Position numbers and translations under genes: made by a program. Source: Lutibacter sp. (GTDB lineage Bacteria > Bacteroidota > Bacteroidia > Flavobacteriales > Flavobacteriaceae). Taken from it: a stretch of DNA of 64,000 bases. A model generated the notes under the pieces. The model saw only the letters and a program-made list of their open reading frames with translations. It was not told where the DNA came from and ran no database searches. Numbering within the stretch: the first letter of the stretch is position 1; each line of letters starts with the position of its first letter. The stretch spans positions 14,133 through 78,132 of the forward strand of contig JAUSOJ010000220.1 in assembly GCA_030656195.1 (NCBI GenBank). Direction: 5' to 3'. Below are positions 28,235 through 37,863 of the stretch, in pieces.

Positions 28235-29107
28235 CTATTTAGCTCCTTTTCGCTTAAAATAACCCAATAATTTTTTAACATAACTTTCATCTATTTGAGA
28301 ACTGATCGTTCCCGATCCGCTATGCGTAAAAGATTTTTCAAAATAATCTACCGACTCCAGATAGTGTGCTTTATAGCTATTTCTAACGCTTTTTGAAGCG
28401 GTATTCACCAACATTGTTTTTCCTGTTTCGGCATCGCGCATTGGCACCATTCCCAGATTTGGAATTGAACTGTCGTGAATGTCATAAATCCTTATTCCGG
28501 TTACATCATGCTTTCTTCCAACAATTTTTAAGGTATGGTTGTAATGCGCATCCATAAAATCAGAAAGGATAAAAACAATGGCTTTTTTCTTCATCACGCT
28601 TGAAAAAAACTTAAGTGCTTCATTTAAGTCTGTTTTTTTGCTTTGAGGCTTAAATTCAATCAATTCCCTGATAATTCGCAACACGTGACTTTTCCCTTTT
28701 TTAGGCGGAATGTACAATTCCATTTGGTCTGAAAATAAAAGCAAACCAACTTTGTCATTATTTTGAATGGCCGAAAAAGCCAATGTCGCCGCTATTTCTG
28801 TAATGGTATCGCGTTTAAATTGCTGGGTGGTTCCAAAATATTCAGAGCCGCTTACATCAACCATTAAAACCATGGTCAATTCCCTTTCTTCCTCAAAAAC
28901 CTTCACATAAGGTTCATTATAGCGTGCAGTCACATTCCAGTCAATTGCCCTGATGTCGTCGCCGTATTGGTATTGTCGAACTTCAGAAAAAGTCATACCG
29001 CGCCCCTTGAACGAACTGTGGTATTCGCCAGAAAATATGTGATTAGACAAGCGACGTGTCTTAATCTCAATTTTACGAACTTTTTTAAGTATTTCTTTAG
29101 TCTCCAT
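28235..29107 (-). CDS. DUF58-family protein (MoxR partner, VWA-like)
   Basis: Motif YQYGDDIRAIDWNVTAR is typical of DUF58. Lies directly downstream of the MoxR ATPase gene. Confidence 0.8.
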   Translation of the reverse strand: METKEILKKVRKIEIKTRRLSNHIFSGEYHSSFKGRGMTFSEVRQYQYGDDIRAIDWNVTARYNEPYVKVFEEERELTMVLMVDVSGSEYFGTTQQFKRDTITEIAATLAFSAIQNNDKVGLLLFSDQMELYIPPKKGKSHVLRIIRELIEFKPQSKKTDLNEALKFFSSVMKKKAIVFILSDFMDAHYNHTLKIVGRKHDVTGIRIYDIHDSSIPNLGMVPMRDAETGKTMLVNTASKSVRNSYKAHYLESVDYFEKSFTHSGSGTISSQIDESYVKKLLGYFKRKGAK

Positions 29108-29194
29108 TTAATTAAAGTTGAAAGTTAAAAGCTGAAAGTTGAAAGGTTTTGAAAAAATCAAATAAACGATTATACGATTCAACAATTAAACCTT

Positions 29195-30202
29195 TTAAGG
29201 TACTTCAACCTCGTTCACAATTTTATTGATGATGTCTTCTGAAGTGATGTTTTCTGCTTCCGCTTCATAAGTAACGCCAACTCTGTGACGTAAAACATCG
29301 TGCACAACAGCACGAACATCTTCAGGAATTACGTAACCTCTGCGTTTTATGAAAGCGTAGCATTTGGCTGCAAGCGCCAAGTTGATGCTTCCTCGGGGAG
29401 AAGCGCCAAAGCTTATCAAACCTTTTAAATCGGGTAAATTATATTTTTCAGGAAAACGTGTGGCAAAAATAATATCGAGAATGTATTTTTCAATTTTCTC
29501 ATCCATATAAACTTCTCGCACCGCTTGTCTGGCTCTGATAATTTGATCAATGGAAGCAACTGAATTCACAACGCCATAAGTATCATTTAAATGTTGACGC
29601 ATAATTAATTGCTCTTCATCTAATTTCGGATAATTAATCACCGTTTTAAGCATAAAACGGTCAATTTGCGCTTCCGGCAACGGATAGGTTCCTTCTTGTT
29701 CTATTGGGTTTTGGGTTGCCATCACCAAAAATGGTTCTTCCAATTTAAAAGTAGTGTCTCCAATGGTGATTTGGCGTTCCTGCATGGCTTCCAACAAAGC
29801 GGACTGCACTTTTGCCGGCGCACGGTTAATCTCATCAGCCAATACAAAATTTGCGAAAATTGGTCCTTTTTTTATGGAAAAGTCATTGACTTTAATATTG
29901 TAAATCATAGTTCCAATCACATCGGCCGGCAACAAATCGGGTGTAAACTGAATTCTGCTGAACTTGCCTTGAACCGCTTTGGCCAAAGTATTAATTGCCA
30001 ATGTTTTTGCCAAACCGGGAACACCTTCCAACAAAATATGTCCATTTCCCAACAAACCGATAAGCAATCTTTCAACCATATGTTTCTGGCCAACAATCAC
30101 TTTATTCATTTCCATCATCAACAAATCAACAAAAGCGCTTTCTCTTTCAATTTTTTCATTTATAGCCCTAATATCTACTGAAACGTTATTTTCTTCAATC
30201 AT
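29195..30202 (-). CDS. MoxR-family AAA+ ATPase
   Basis: Walker A (GVPGLAKT), Walker B (ILLADEINRA-type: VLADEINRAPAKVQSALLEAMQE) and MoxR-like length. Start set at MIEENNV. Confidence 0.9.
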   Translation of the reverse strand: MIEENNVSVDIRAINEKIERESAFVDLLMMEMNKVIVGQKHMVERLLIGLLGNGHILLEGVPGLAKTLAINTLAKAVQGKFSRIQFTPDLLPADVIGTMIYNIKVNDFSIKKGPIFANFVLADEINRAPAKVQSALLEAMQERQITIGDTTFKLEEPFLVMATQNPIEQEGTYPLPEAQIDRFMLKTVINYPKLDEEQLIMRQHLNDTYGVVNSVASIDQIIRARQAVREVYMDEKIEKYILDIIFATRFPEKYNLPDLKGLISFGASPRGSINLALAAKCYAFIKRRGYVIPEDVRAVVHDVLRHRVGVTYEAEAENITSEDIINKIVNEVEVP

Positions 30203-30317
30203 ATTTATTGTTTTAAAGTGGGTGAATTTAACATGCTTTATTACGCTATGCAAATAGCAGAATATTTTATTTAAATCTTGTTAAAAATTGGTTAAAAATA
30301 ATAGCAAAATGCGAGGT

Positions 30318-31064
30318 TTAGTAAGATTTTAACATCATTTCCCCACCGTCAAATTCACCATAAGTGAAATGCACAATCCAATCGCCGGTATTGATGTATT
30401 TTGAATTTGGAGAAAGCGGTATTTCAAGCGGCAAATGACGGTGGCCAAACACAAAATAATCGTAATGTTTCTCGGTTAATTTCTTTTTGGCGTATTGCAC
30501 CAGCCATTCCTTTTCTTCACCCAAAAACTTTAAATCTTCCTCGCCTGAAATTAATTTGTTTTTTACCGATAAATAGTGTGCCACTCGAATGCCGACATCA
30601 GGATGAAGCCATTTAAAGAACCATTTTGAAATTGGGTTGGTAAATACTTTTTTCATCCTTTTATAGCCTTTGTCTTCAGGTCCTAAACCATCTCCGTGGC
30701 CTATAAAAAATGATTTTCCGTTAAGCATGAATTCTTTTGGCTGGTGGTAAACTGGAATGTTCAGTTCTTTTTCAAAATAATCGTGCATCCAAAGGTCATG
30801 GTTTCCAACAAAAAAATGGATTTCTATTCCCTGGTCGCTTAATTCGGCCAATTTTCCCAAAACGCGCACAAAACCTTTTGGAACGGCTTGTGAGTATTCA
30901 AACCAAAAATCGAATAAATCGCCTAAAAGAAAGAGTACATCAGCATCTTTTTTGATGAAATCCAGCCAATTTACAAACTTTTGTTCCCGTATTTTACTTG
31001 CTTCAACAGTAGGCGCACCAAAATGCTGATCGGAAGCAAAATATATTTTTTTATTGGTTGTCAA
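30318..31064 (-). CDS. lpxH: UDP-2,3-diacylglucosamine diphosphatase (LpxH-like metallophosphoesterase)
   Basis: Motifs SDQHFG, LGDLFDFW, GNHD and GHRH in the order characteristic of LpxH. Confidence 0.8.
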   Translation of the reverse strand: MTTNKKIYFASDQHFGAPTVEASKIREQKFVNWLDFIKKDADVLFLLGDLFDFWFEYSQAVPKGFVRVLGKLAELSDQGIEIHFFVGNHDLWMHDYFEKELNIPVYHQPKEFMLNGKSFFIGHGDGLGPEDKGYKRMKKVFTNPISKWFFKWLHPDVGIRVAHYLSVKNKLISGEEDLKFLGEEKEWLVQYAKKKLTEKHYDYFVFGHRHLPLEIPLSPNSKYINTGDWIVHFTYGEFDGGEMMLKSY

Positions 31065-31111
31065 AATTTTCGAGCGTTAAGTGCTAAAGGTATTTAAATT
31101 TGTTAAAAGCG

Positions 31112-32737
31112 CTATTTCTTACTGTCCAGTTCAATCACCTTCAAAATCATATTGTCTTTTTTCTGGACAATCATAAAATAGCCTGTTTCATCGAATAAAT
31201 TTCTGGCCATAATTGCCTTAAAATAGCGTTTTAAATCTTCTCTGGCTGCTGGCGGAATTGGAAAATTTATATCCAGCTCGCTGATATATTGATTGAATAT
31301 TTTGTCGCTTTTATCGAAGTTTTTAACAAAATCATACAATTCCCACTTGTTCATTTCTTTTCGATTGTTATCGATATATTTAAAAATAAACGGATTCAAC
31401 TCACTGTATAACATATTATTGAACGTGCCAAGCGTATCTATTGAAACAAAAACATCAGGGATTATTCCACCTCCGCCATAAACGATTTTTCCTTTTGGCG
31501 TTTTATATTTTAAAGAGTCAATAACTTTAATGCTGTCTCTTGAAAGCAGTTCCCCATTGTGAATTCTTTCCAAATAATCATTGTTATACTTACTGTTGTC
31601 TGTGTGGCTGTAAGGTTTTTGGATAGACCTTCCGGTTGGTGTATAATATCTTGCCGTTGTAAGCCTAACAGCCGATCCATCGCCCAATTCCATTTCCTGT
31701 TGCACCAGTCCTTTTCCAAAAGAGCGGCGGCCAACAATGGTTCCTTTATCATTATCCTGAAGCGCACCAGCAACAATTTCACTGGCAGATGCCGAATTTT
31801 GATCAATTAACACAAATATTTTACCGTTTTCAAAATCGCCTTTTTCAGTTGAAAATGATTTATCTACCGCGCCATTTTTGCTTTTGGTGAATACGATTAA
31901 TTTACCATCCTCTAAAAATTCATCCACAATCATATTGGCAATGTCCATATAACCTCCCGGATTTCCACGTAAATCAAGCGCCAAAGAAGTCATTCCTTTT
32001 CCAATGAGCTCATCCAAAGCCTTTTTAAATTCCTGGTAAGTGGTTCTGGCAAAACGATCGACTTTAATGTATCCCAAAGTATTGTTGATCATATAATGAG
32101 CTGATACACTTGTGATTGAAACATCACCACGTGTGATTGGAAAATTTAATATTTTATTTGTTGAACGTCTGTAAACCTTTACATTGACTTTGGTATCCGG
32201 TTCGCCTTTAAGCGCTTTCATCACCGCATCGCTCATTTTTCTGTTGCCTTCAATCGTTCCGCGTTCAATTTCAGTAAAACCGGCTTTTTTCATAAGACTT
32301 TTACCAAACAGGGTGTCGTTATTTGCGATAATAATTCTATCTCCTGCTTTTATTCCCGCTTTTTCGCTAGGCCCGCCTTTAATAACGCCGCTTACGGCGA
32401 CAGAATCTTCATGAATCAGGAACGAAACACCGATGCCTGCAAATTTTCCCTGCATACTTTCTGTAACGCGCTGCAATTCATCTTTTGGAATATAAACAGA
32501 ATGCGGATCTAATTTTGCCAAGATTGTAGTAATGGCATCATCAAGCAAACTATCCGTATTTACTTTATCAACATAATCATACTGAATGAAGTTTATCAAT
32601 CGTTTTATTTTTGCTTCATTTGAATTGGAGCTGAATAAAACCGATTTGTTTTTAAAGTTAAAAGTGCTGCCAATAAATATCCCTGCGGCAATGGCAATAC
32701 CAATCATTAAGGGAAAATATATTTTTCTTTTTGTCAT
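31112..32737 (-). CDS. S41-family C-terminal processing peptidase with a PDZ domain
   Basis: N-terminal TM segment, PDZ domain (GIGVSF...GGPSEKAGIKAGDRI), and Ser/Lys dyad region (NSASASEIVAGALQD...GKG). Confidence 0.88.
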   Translation of the reverse strand: MTKRKIYFPLMIGIAIAAGIFIGSTFNFKNKSVLFSSNSNEAKIKRLINFIQYDYVDKVNTDSLLDDAITTILAKLDPHSVYIPKDELQRVTESMQGKFAGIGVSFLIHEDSVAVSGVIKGGPSEKAGIKAGDRIIIANNDTLFGKSLMKKAGFTEIERGTIEGNRKMSDAVMKALKGEPDTKVNVKVYRRSTNKILNFPITRGDVSITSVSAHYMINNTLGYIKVDRFARTTYQEFKKALDELIGKGMTSLALDLRGNPGGYMDIANMIVDEFLEDGKLIVFTKSKNGAVDKSFSTEKGDFENGKIFVLIDQNSASASEIVAGALQDNDKGTIVGRRSFGKGLVQQEMELGDGSAVRLTTARYYTPTGRSIQKPYSHTDNSKYNNDYLERIHNGELLSRDSIKVIDSLKYKTPKGKIVYGGGGIIPDVFVSIDTLGTFNNMLYSELNPFIFKYIDNNRKEMNKWELYDFVKNFDKSDKIFNQYISELDINFPIPPAAREDLKRYFKAIMARNLFDETGYFMIVQKKDNMILKVIELDSKK

Positions 32738-33159
32738 TATAAATTTTTAAGATGGGTAAGTTCAACGCCTGCTTTTTCTAAAAACTCCAAGCCCATTTCA
32801 TCTTTATAGGCATTGGCGTAAACCACTCTTTTTATTCCTGATTGATGTATTAATTTACTGCATTCTTTACAAGGCGACATTGTAATGTACAAGGTTGAAT
32901 CTTTGCATGATTGTGTTGAAGCCGCCACTTTTAATATGGCATTTGCTTCGGCATGCAACACATACCACTTTGTATCACCAGCTTTATCTTCACACGGATT
33001 TTCAAAACCCGTTGGCGTACCGTTAAAACCGTCGGAAATAATCATTCGGTCTTTCACAATTAATGCGCCCACTTGTTTTCTTTCGCAGTATGATAATTTT
33101 GACCACTCAAATGCCATTCGCATATAAGCTTGGTCGTATTTTAATTGTTTCTTGTTCAT
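32737..33159 (-). CDS. dCMP deaminase (ComEB-type cytidine/deoxycytidylate deaminase)
   Basis: Zinc motifs HAEANA and PCKECSKLI. 140 aa. Confidence 0.88.
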   Translation of the reverse strand: MNKKQLKYDQAYMRMAFEWSKLSYCERKQVGALIVKDRMIISDGFNGTPTGFENPCEDKAGDTKWYVLHAEANAILKVAASTQSCKDSTLYITMSPCKECSKLIHQSGIKRVVYANAYKDEMGLEFLEKAGVELTHLKNL

Positions 33160-33215
33160 AAATTTTTAAGCGTTTTCAAAAGTACTAAGATTCTAATAAA
33201 CTCTACGTTAATTTT

Positions 33216-33800
33216 TTACCAAAATATGGACGCTTTTAGGATTGGCAAAACCAAACCGATCACTACGGATGAGATGATCAAAATCCAGTCGCGCTTCGGA
33301 AATCGGAAAACGGTTTGAAAAATAAGTCCAATTAATAGGATTGCAATTACCACGATTACTTGTGCAATTTCTATTCCAAGCGCAAATTCCAAAAGCGGAA
33401 TTAATTTTTCGGTTGAACTGCCTATCAATATTTTAAAATAACCGGAGAACCCGAGTCCGTGAATCAATCCAAAAAACAGTGCAAAAAATAAATTGGTATT
33501 TGTTTTTGCCAGTTTTGTCGCATTTTTTGCAAAAAACACATTCACCAAAGCGGTAATTATAATGGTAACAGGAATTAAAAATTCAATCCAGTTTTGACTT
33601 ATTGTTACAATTTTATATGCCGACAAAATTAAGGAAAGCGTGTGCCCAATGGTAAATAATGTAATAAGCCACAATATTTTTTGCCAATTTTTAAAATCGT
33701 ATATCACCACCAAAACTATCAAAAAAAGCACATGATCATAGGCATTCCAATCCAACACATGAAAAAGCCCCTCTTTAAGAAAGAACATAAAATTATCCAT
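33216..33800 (-). CDS. HupE/UreJ-family membrane protein
   Basis: Six TM helices, with His-containing motifs GHTLSL and HGLGF. ATG chosen at 33800 rather than the TTG at 33803. Confidence 0.7.
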   Translation of the reverse strand: MDNFMFFLKEGLFHVLDWNAYDHVLFLIVLVVIYDFKNWQKILWLITLFTIGHTLSLILSAYKIVTISQNWIEFLIPVTIIITALVNVFFAKNATKLAKTNTNLFFALFFGLIHGLGFSGYFKILIGSSTEKLIPLLEFALGIEIAQVIVVIAILLIGLIFQTVFRFPKRDWILIISSVVIGLVLPILKASIFW

Positions 33801-33823
33801 CAAATATATTTATTATTTAAGCC

Positions 33824-33831
33824 CAAATATA
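33824..33831 (-). promoter_or_regulatory. -7 box TATATTTG
   Basis: The plus strand reads CAAATATA, 24 nt upstream of the ATG at 33800. Confidence 0.35.
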
Positions 33832-33852
33832 GAAAAATTTGTTGCCCAATAG

Positions 33853-35358
33853 CTAAACCTTGAACCAATTATTTACCAGTTCGTTTTCTATTGGTTTGGC
33901 GGTTTTATGCATAAACTCGTTTTTTATGGCATCATATTGGTAATCATTGCGCCATTCTTCAATATTTTCGGCAACTTGTTTAATGCTTTCGCATACATAA
34001 AGTATTTCTTCATTGGTAATTGTTGGGTGAATGGACATGCGAATCCATCCCGGCCTTTCAACCAAACATCCCTCACTAATTTTTTCTTCAATACTTCTTG
34101 ATGTTTGCTGATCAACATGCAACAAAAAGTGGCCATAAGTTCCGGCGCAAGAGCAACCTCCGCGGGTTTGGATGCCAAATCGGTCGTTTAACAATTTAAC
34201 GAATAAATTAAAATGTGCATTTTCAATAAAAAAAGAAAAAACGCCCAATCGGTCTTTATGCTGCCCGGCCAATAGTTGAAGATTTGGAATTTTGGTCAGT
34301 TTTTCAAACACCAAATCAATCATTTCATGTTCTCGCGCCAAAATATTGTTAACGCCCATCTTTTCTTTGAGCTGAATGGCCAAAGCAATTTTTATGGTTT
34401 GCAAAAAACCAGGCGTGCCGCCGTCTTCACGGGTTTCAATGTCATCAATATAATCGTGGTTTCCCCAAGGATTTGTGTAGTTAACCGTTCCGCCGCCCGG
34501 ATTGTCGGGAACCATATTTTTGTACAATTTTTTGTTGAAAATCAACACGCCCAATGATCCCGGACCGCCTAAAAATTTGTGCGGTGAAAAGAAAATGGCG
34601 TCTAAATAGGCTTCTTCATCTTTAGGATGCATATTTATTTCAACATACGGCGCCGAACAGGCAAAATCTACAAAACACAATCCGCCATAATGGTGAATCA
34701 TTTTTGCGATTTTGTGATAATCGGTCACAATGCCCGTTACATTGGAACAAGCAGTTACGGAAGCAATCTTTATGGGCCGGTCTTTATGCTGAATTAAGAG
34801 TTTTTCAAAACTGTCAAAACACATCAAACCCGATTCCTGACAAGGAATAATTTCAACATCAGCAATGGTTTCCAGCCAAGAAGTTTGGTTGGAATGGTGT
34901 TCCATATGCGTAATAAATACGATGGGTTTTAGATCCGCAGGAATTTCAGCGTATTTTTTTAAATTTTCTGACACTTTCAACCCTAAAATACGTTGAAACT
35001 TGTTTACAACCCCAGTCATTCCGGTTCCGGAAGTAATCAAAACATCTTCTGCAGTTGCGTTTACATGATTTTTTATGATAGATCTCGCTTTGTGGTAAGC
35101 GATGGTCATTGCAGATCCTGTGACGGAAGTTTCGGTATGCGTATTGGCCACAAACGGACCAAATTCATTGAGTAATTTCTCTTCTATGGGGCGGTACAAT
35201 CTGCCGCTGGCAGTCCAGTCGGTATAAATAATTTTCTTTTGCCCGTAAGGCGACTCAAAAGTTTGGTCAATGCCAACAATATGCTTTCTGAATTGTTGAA
35301 AATAGGTTTCCAGTTCAGAAGGTTGACTTTTTTTTTCGATTGCTGATTTTGTTGACAT
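33853..35358 (-). CDS. Class V aminotransferase-fold PLP enzyme (cysteine desulfurase/selenocysteine lyase-like)
   Basis: 501 aa. PLP-lysine region is FSPHKFLGGPG. The class V fold layout is present. The specific function is not determinable here. Confidence 0.75.
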   Translation of the reverse strand: MSTKSAIEKKSQPSELETYFQQFRKHIVGIDQTFESPYGQKKIIYTDWTASGRLYRPIEEKLLNEFGPFVANTHTETSVTGSAMTIAYHKARSIIKNHVNATAEDVLITSGTGMTGVVNKFQRILGLKVSENLKKYAEIPADLKPIVFITHMEHHSNQTSWLETIADVEIIPCQESGLMCFDSFEKLLIQHKDRPIKIASVTACSNVTGIVTDYHKIAKMIHHYGGLCFVDFACSAPYVEINMHPKDEEAYLDAIFFSPHKFLGGPGSLGVLIFNKKLYKNMVPDNPGGGTVNYTNPWGNHDYIDDIETREDGGTPGFLQTIKIALAIQLKEKMGVNNILAREHEMIDLVFEKLTKIPNLQLLAGQHKDRLGVFSFFIENAHFNLFVKLLNDRFGIQTRGGCSCAGTYGHFLLHVDQQTSRSIEEKISEGCLVERPGWIRMSIHPTITNEEILYVCESIKQVAENIEEWRNDYQYDAIKNEFMHKTAKPIENELVNNWFKV

Positions 35359-35378
35359 CCCTATTCAAAAATATTTGT

Positions 35379-37421
35379 TTATTTAAAATTTGCGATTCCT
35401 TTTTTTAACCAATCGTGATATTCCTTCACATTTGGCGTATAAGCAACAGGTTCATTTAAATTTTCTTCGTTATGATCCATCAAAACATAAAATGGCTGCG
35501 CGTTGGCGCCGTATCTTATAATTTGGAATTCGCTCCATTTTTGTCCGATATATTTTAACTTTTTACCCGGATATAATTTCGATTCAATTTCTTCGCCATT
35601 GGCAAGCGGCCTTTTATCATCCACATACAACGAAATTAACACCACGTCGTTTTTAAGAATTGGAAGAATCTCGTCTTTTGGCCAAACATTTTGCTCCATT
35701 TTTCTGCAATTTACACAGGCGTGTCCCGTAAAATCAATCATCACCGGCTTATTCACTTTTATGGCATAGGCCAAACCTTTTTCATAATCGTTAAAAGCCA
35801 AAATATTGTGAGGCGGCATTAAATGAGCGCCATCGGGTATTTCTGCATTTTCTCCGGATGGCATGCCACTGTTCATTCTTGAAAATCCGACTCCGTAGGG
35901 CGATTCACTGTAATGTTGCGCGGGCGGAAAAGCACTGATTAAATTTAAAGGTGCGCCCCACAAACCGGGAATCATATAGATGGCAAATGCCAAGGAAAGC
36001 ATTCCCAAACTGAGTCTTCCCACAGAAATATGCGTCAAAGGAGAATCGTGCGGCAATTGAATTTTTCCAAAAAGATAGAAAGCCAAAGCCAAAAATATGG
36101 TAATCCAAATGGCTAAGAAAACTTCTCTTTCCAGCCAATGAAGCTGTAATACCAAATCGGCATTCGATAAAAATTTAAATGCCAAAGCCAATTCCAAAAA
36201 TCCCAACACCACTTTTACGGTATTTAACCATCCACCCGATTTTGGCAATGAATTTAACCAACCCGGAAAAGCGGCAAACAAGGCAAATGGAATTGCCAAT
36301 GCCAAGGAGAATCCCAACATGCCAATAATTGGACCTATTTGATTTCCGCCAGCTGCGGCTTCAACCAATAAAGTTCCAACAATGGGTCCGGTACAGGAAA
36401 ATGAAACAATGGCCAAAGCCAAAGCCATAAAAAATATCCCGATGATGCCGCCTTTATCAGCTTGCGCATCAACTGTTGTTCCCCAAGAACTTGGCAAAAC
36501 GATTTCAAAAGCACCCAAAAAAGACACCGCAAAAACTACCAGTAACAAGAAGAAAATAACATTAAACCAAACATTTGTTGAGAGTGCATTTAAGGCATCG
36601 GCACCAAAAACGGCGCTCACCAGCAAGCCCAAAAGCACATAAATAATCACAATGGAAATTCCGTAGATAATGGCATTTCTTACTCCTTCGGCCTTGCTTT
36701 TGCTTTGTTTTGTAAAAAAACTCACGGTCATAGGAATCATAGGAAATACGCACGGCGTTAAAAGTGCCGCAAATCCCGAAAAGAATGCAATGATAAAAAT
36801 GGTTAACAAACTTTTATTAGATGTTTTATTGCTGTTTTTGGCAGCTTTTACTGCAACATCTGTTTTATTTTTATCAACAGGCGTTGGAGATATTGTGGCA
36901 TGATCCTTAGTTTCTGCGGATGTTATTGCGGGAACTTCTTTATCATCTTTGGCATTCACAATTGCCGCATTTGCAGGGATAAGAAATGCCAAATCAATTT
37001 CAGTTGGCGGCAAACAACTGGCATCGTCACACACCATAAATTCAACTGTTCCTGCAATTTTAAATGATTTTTCCGACAGAACTTTTATTCGTTGTTTAAA
37101 CGTTGCTTTATTTTCAAAATACTTGATTTGCATCTCAAAAACAGGGTCGTAACTGCTAACGCCTTTTTCTTCGGTAGTTTTTCCGATTAACTTATAATCA
37201 GGACTTGTTTTAAACGAAAAAGAGGTGGGTATTGGCCCATCGGCAGGGACGTTTTGCGAATATAAATGCCACTTCGCCTCAATGGTTGCGGTTACAATTA
37301 AATCGTATTCTGTTTCTGAAATTTTTTCTGTTGAAGTTGACCACTTTACCGGATCGTGAATTTGGGCAAAACTTGAATTGACTAGCGCAAAAAACGCCAA
37401 AAGCAAAAATATTTTTTTCAT
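35379..37421 (-). CDS. dsbD: DsbD-like thiol:disulfide interchange protein
   Basis: N-terminal DsbD-alpha-like domain (MVCDDASCLPP), a central TM domain with CVFPMIP and SCTGPIV, and a C-terminal thioredoxin domain (GHACVNCRKME). Confidence 0.88.
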   Translation of the reverse strand: MKKIFLLLAFFALVNSSFAQIHDPVKWSTSTEKISETEYDLIVTATIEAKWHLYSQNVPADGPIPTSFSFKTSPDYKLIGKTTEEKGVSSYDPVFEMQIKYFENKATFKQRIKVLSEKSFKIAGTVEFMVCDDASCLPPTEIDLAFLIPANAAIVNAKDDKEVPAITSAETKDHATISPTPVDKNKTDVAVKAAKNSNKTSNKSLLTIFIIAFFSGFAALLTPCVFPMIPMTVSFFTKQSKSKAEGVRNAIIYGISIVIIYVLLGLLVSAVFGADALNALSTNVWFNVIFFLLLVVFAVSFLGAFEIVLPSSWGTTVDAQADKGGIIGIFFMALALAIVSFSCTGPIVGTLLVEAAAGGNQIGPIIGMLGFSLALAIPFALFAAFPGWLNSLPKSGGWLNTVKVVLGFLELALAFKFLSNADLVLQLHWLEREVFLAIWITIFLALAFYLFGKIQLPHDSPLTHISVGRLSLGMLSLAFAIYMIPGLWGAPLNLISAFPPAQHYSESPYGVGFSRMNSGMPSGENAEIPDGAHLMPPHNILAFNDYEKGLAYAIKVNKPVMIDFTGHACVNCRKMEQNVWPKDEILPILKNDVVLISLYVDDKRPLANGEEIESKLYPGKKLKYIGQKWSEFQIIRYGANAQPFYVLMDHNEENLNEPVAYTPNVKEYHDWLKKGIANFK

Positions 37422-37509
37422 CTGTTTAAATTTTATTTTTTAGCTGTAACAGATGCTGTTCGCCATTAATCATTCCTTTGTGTGTTAAAATTTGTAATGC
37501 TCGTTTCAT
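37422..37509 (-). mobile_element. MITE-like element copy (88 bp) abutting the dsbD-like start codon
   Basis: Read on the minus strand: ATGAAACGAGCATTACAAATTTTAAC...AAAATTTAAACAG, followed directly by the gene ATGAAA. About 85-90 percent identical by eye to the copies at 10722-10895. Confidence 0.8.
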
Positions 37510-37541
37510 ACTAAAAGCTTGGTTTCTTTTATAAGAATTTT

Positions 37542-37549
37542 CAAAATTA
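37542..37549 (-). promoter_or_regulatory. -7 box TAATTTTG, probable native dsbD-like promoter displaced by the element
   Basis: The plus strand reads CAAAATTA, 33 nt beyond the distal element end. It is 121 nt from the ATG with the element and would be 33 nt without it. Confidence 0.35.
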
Positions 37550-37821
37550 AACAATATTAATCAGTATGTCGCTTTATAATCGTTTTTCCCTTATTTCAGG
37601 TTGTTAAATTTTTCTTAATTATATAGCTTTTAGGTCAAATAATTCCATTTTTTGAAATCATAAAATTCATAAATATGTTTCATTTTTGTGATTTCAGTAA
37701 ACCTGTTTAACCCAATCAGATTAAAAAATAAAGGACTCTTTTTCCATCAAAATTATCAAAAAACTTATTTTAAAATTCAGCGTATTTTTGATGCTTTCTT
37801 TTATTTTATGCTTTATTTACC

Positions 37822-37829
37822 TAGATTTG
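37822..37829 (+). promoter_or_regulatory. -7 box TAGATTTG for the PUL regulator
   Basis: Exact TAnnTTTG match, 35 nt upstream of the ATG at 37864. Confidence 0.4.
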
Positions 37830-37863
37830 TTAGCAATAAAAATATTGACGCTTTAAATTATTT

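Noticed and set aside
29666-30181. A 171-aa plus-strand ORF, with similar long antisense ORFs at 52180-52611, 13836-14228, 15455-15832 and 62354-62773
   Set aside because: Each lies entirely inside, and antisense to, a gene with unambiguous conserved motifs (MoxR, histidine kinase, MetRS, hydrolase). Their translations are low-complexity or hydrophobic with no motifs. They are typical shadow ORFs.
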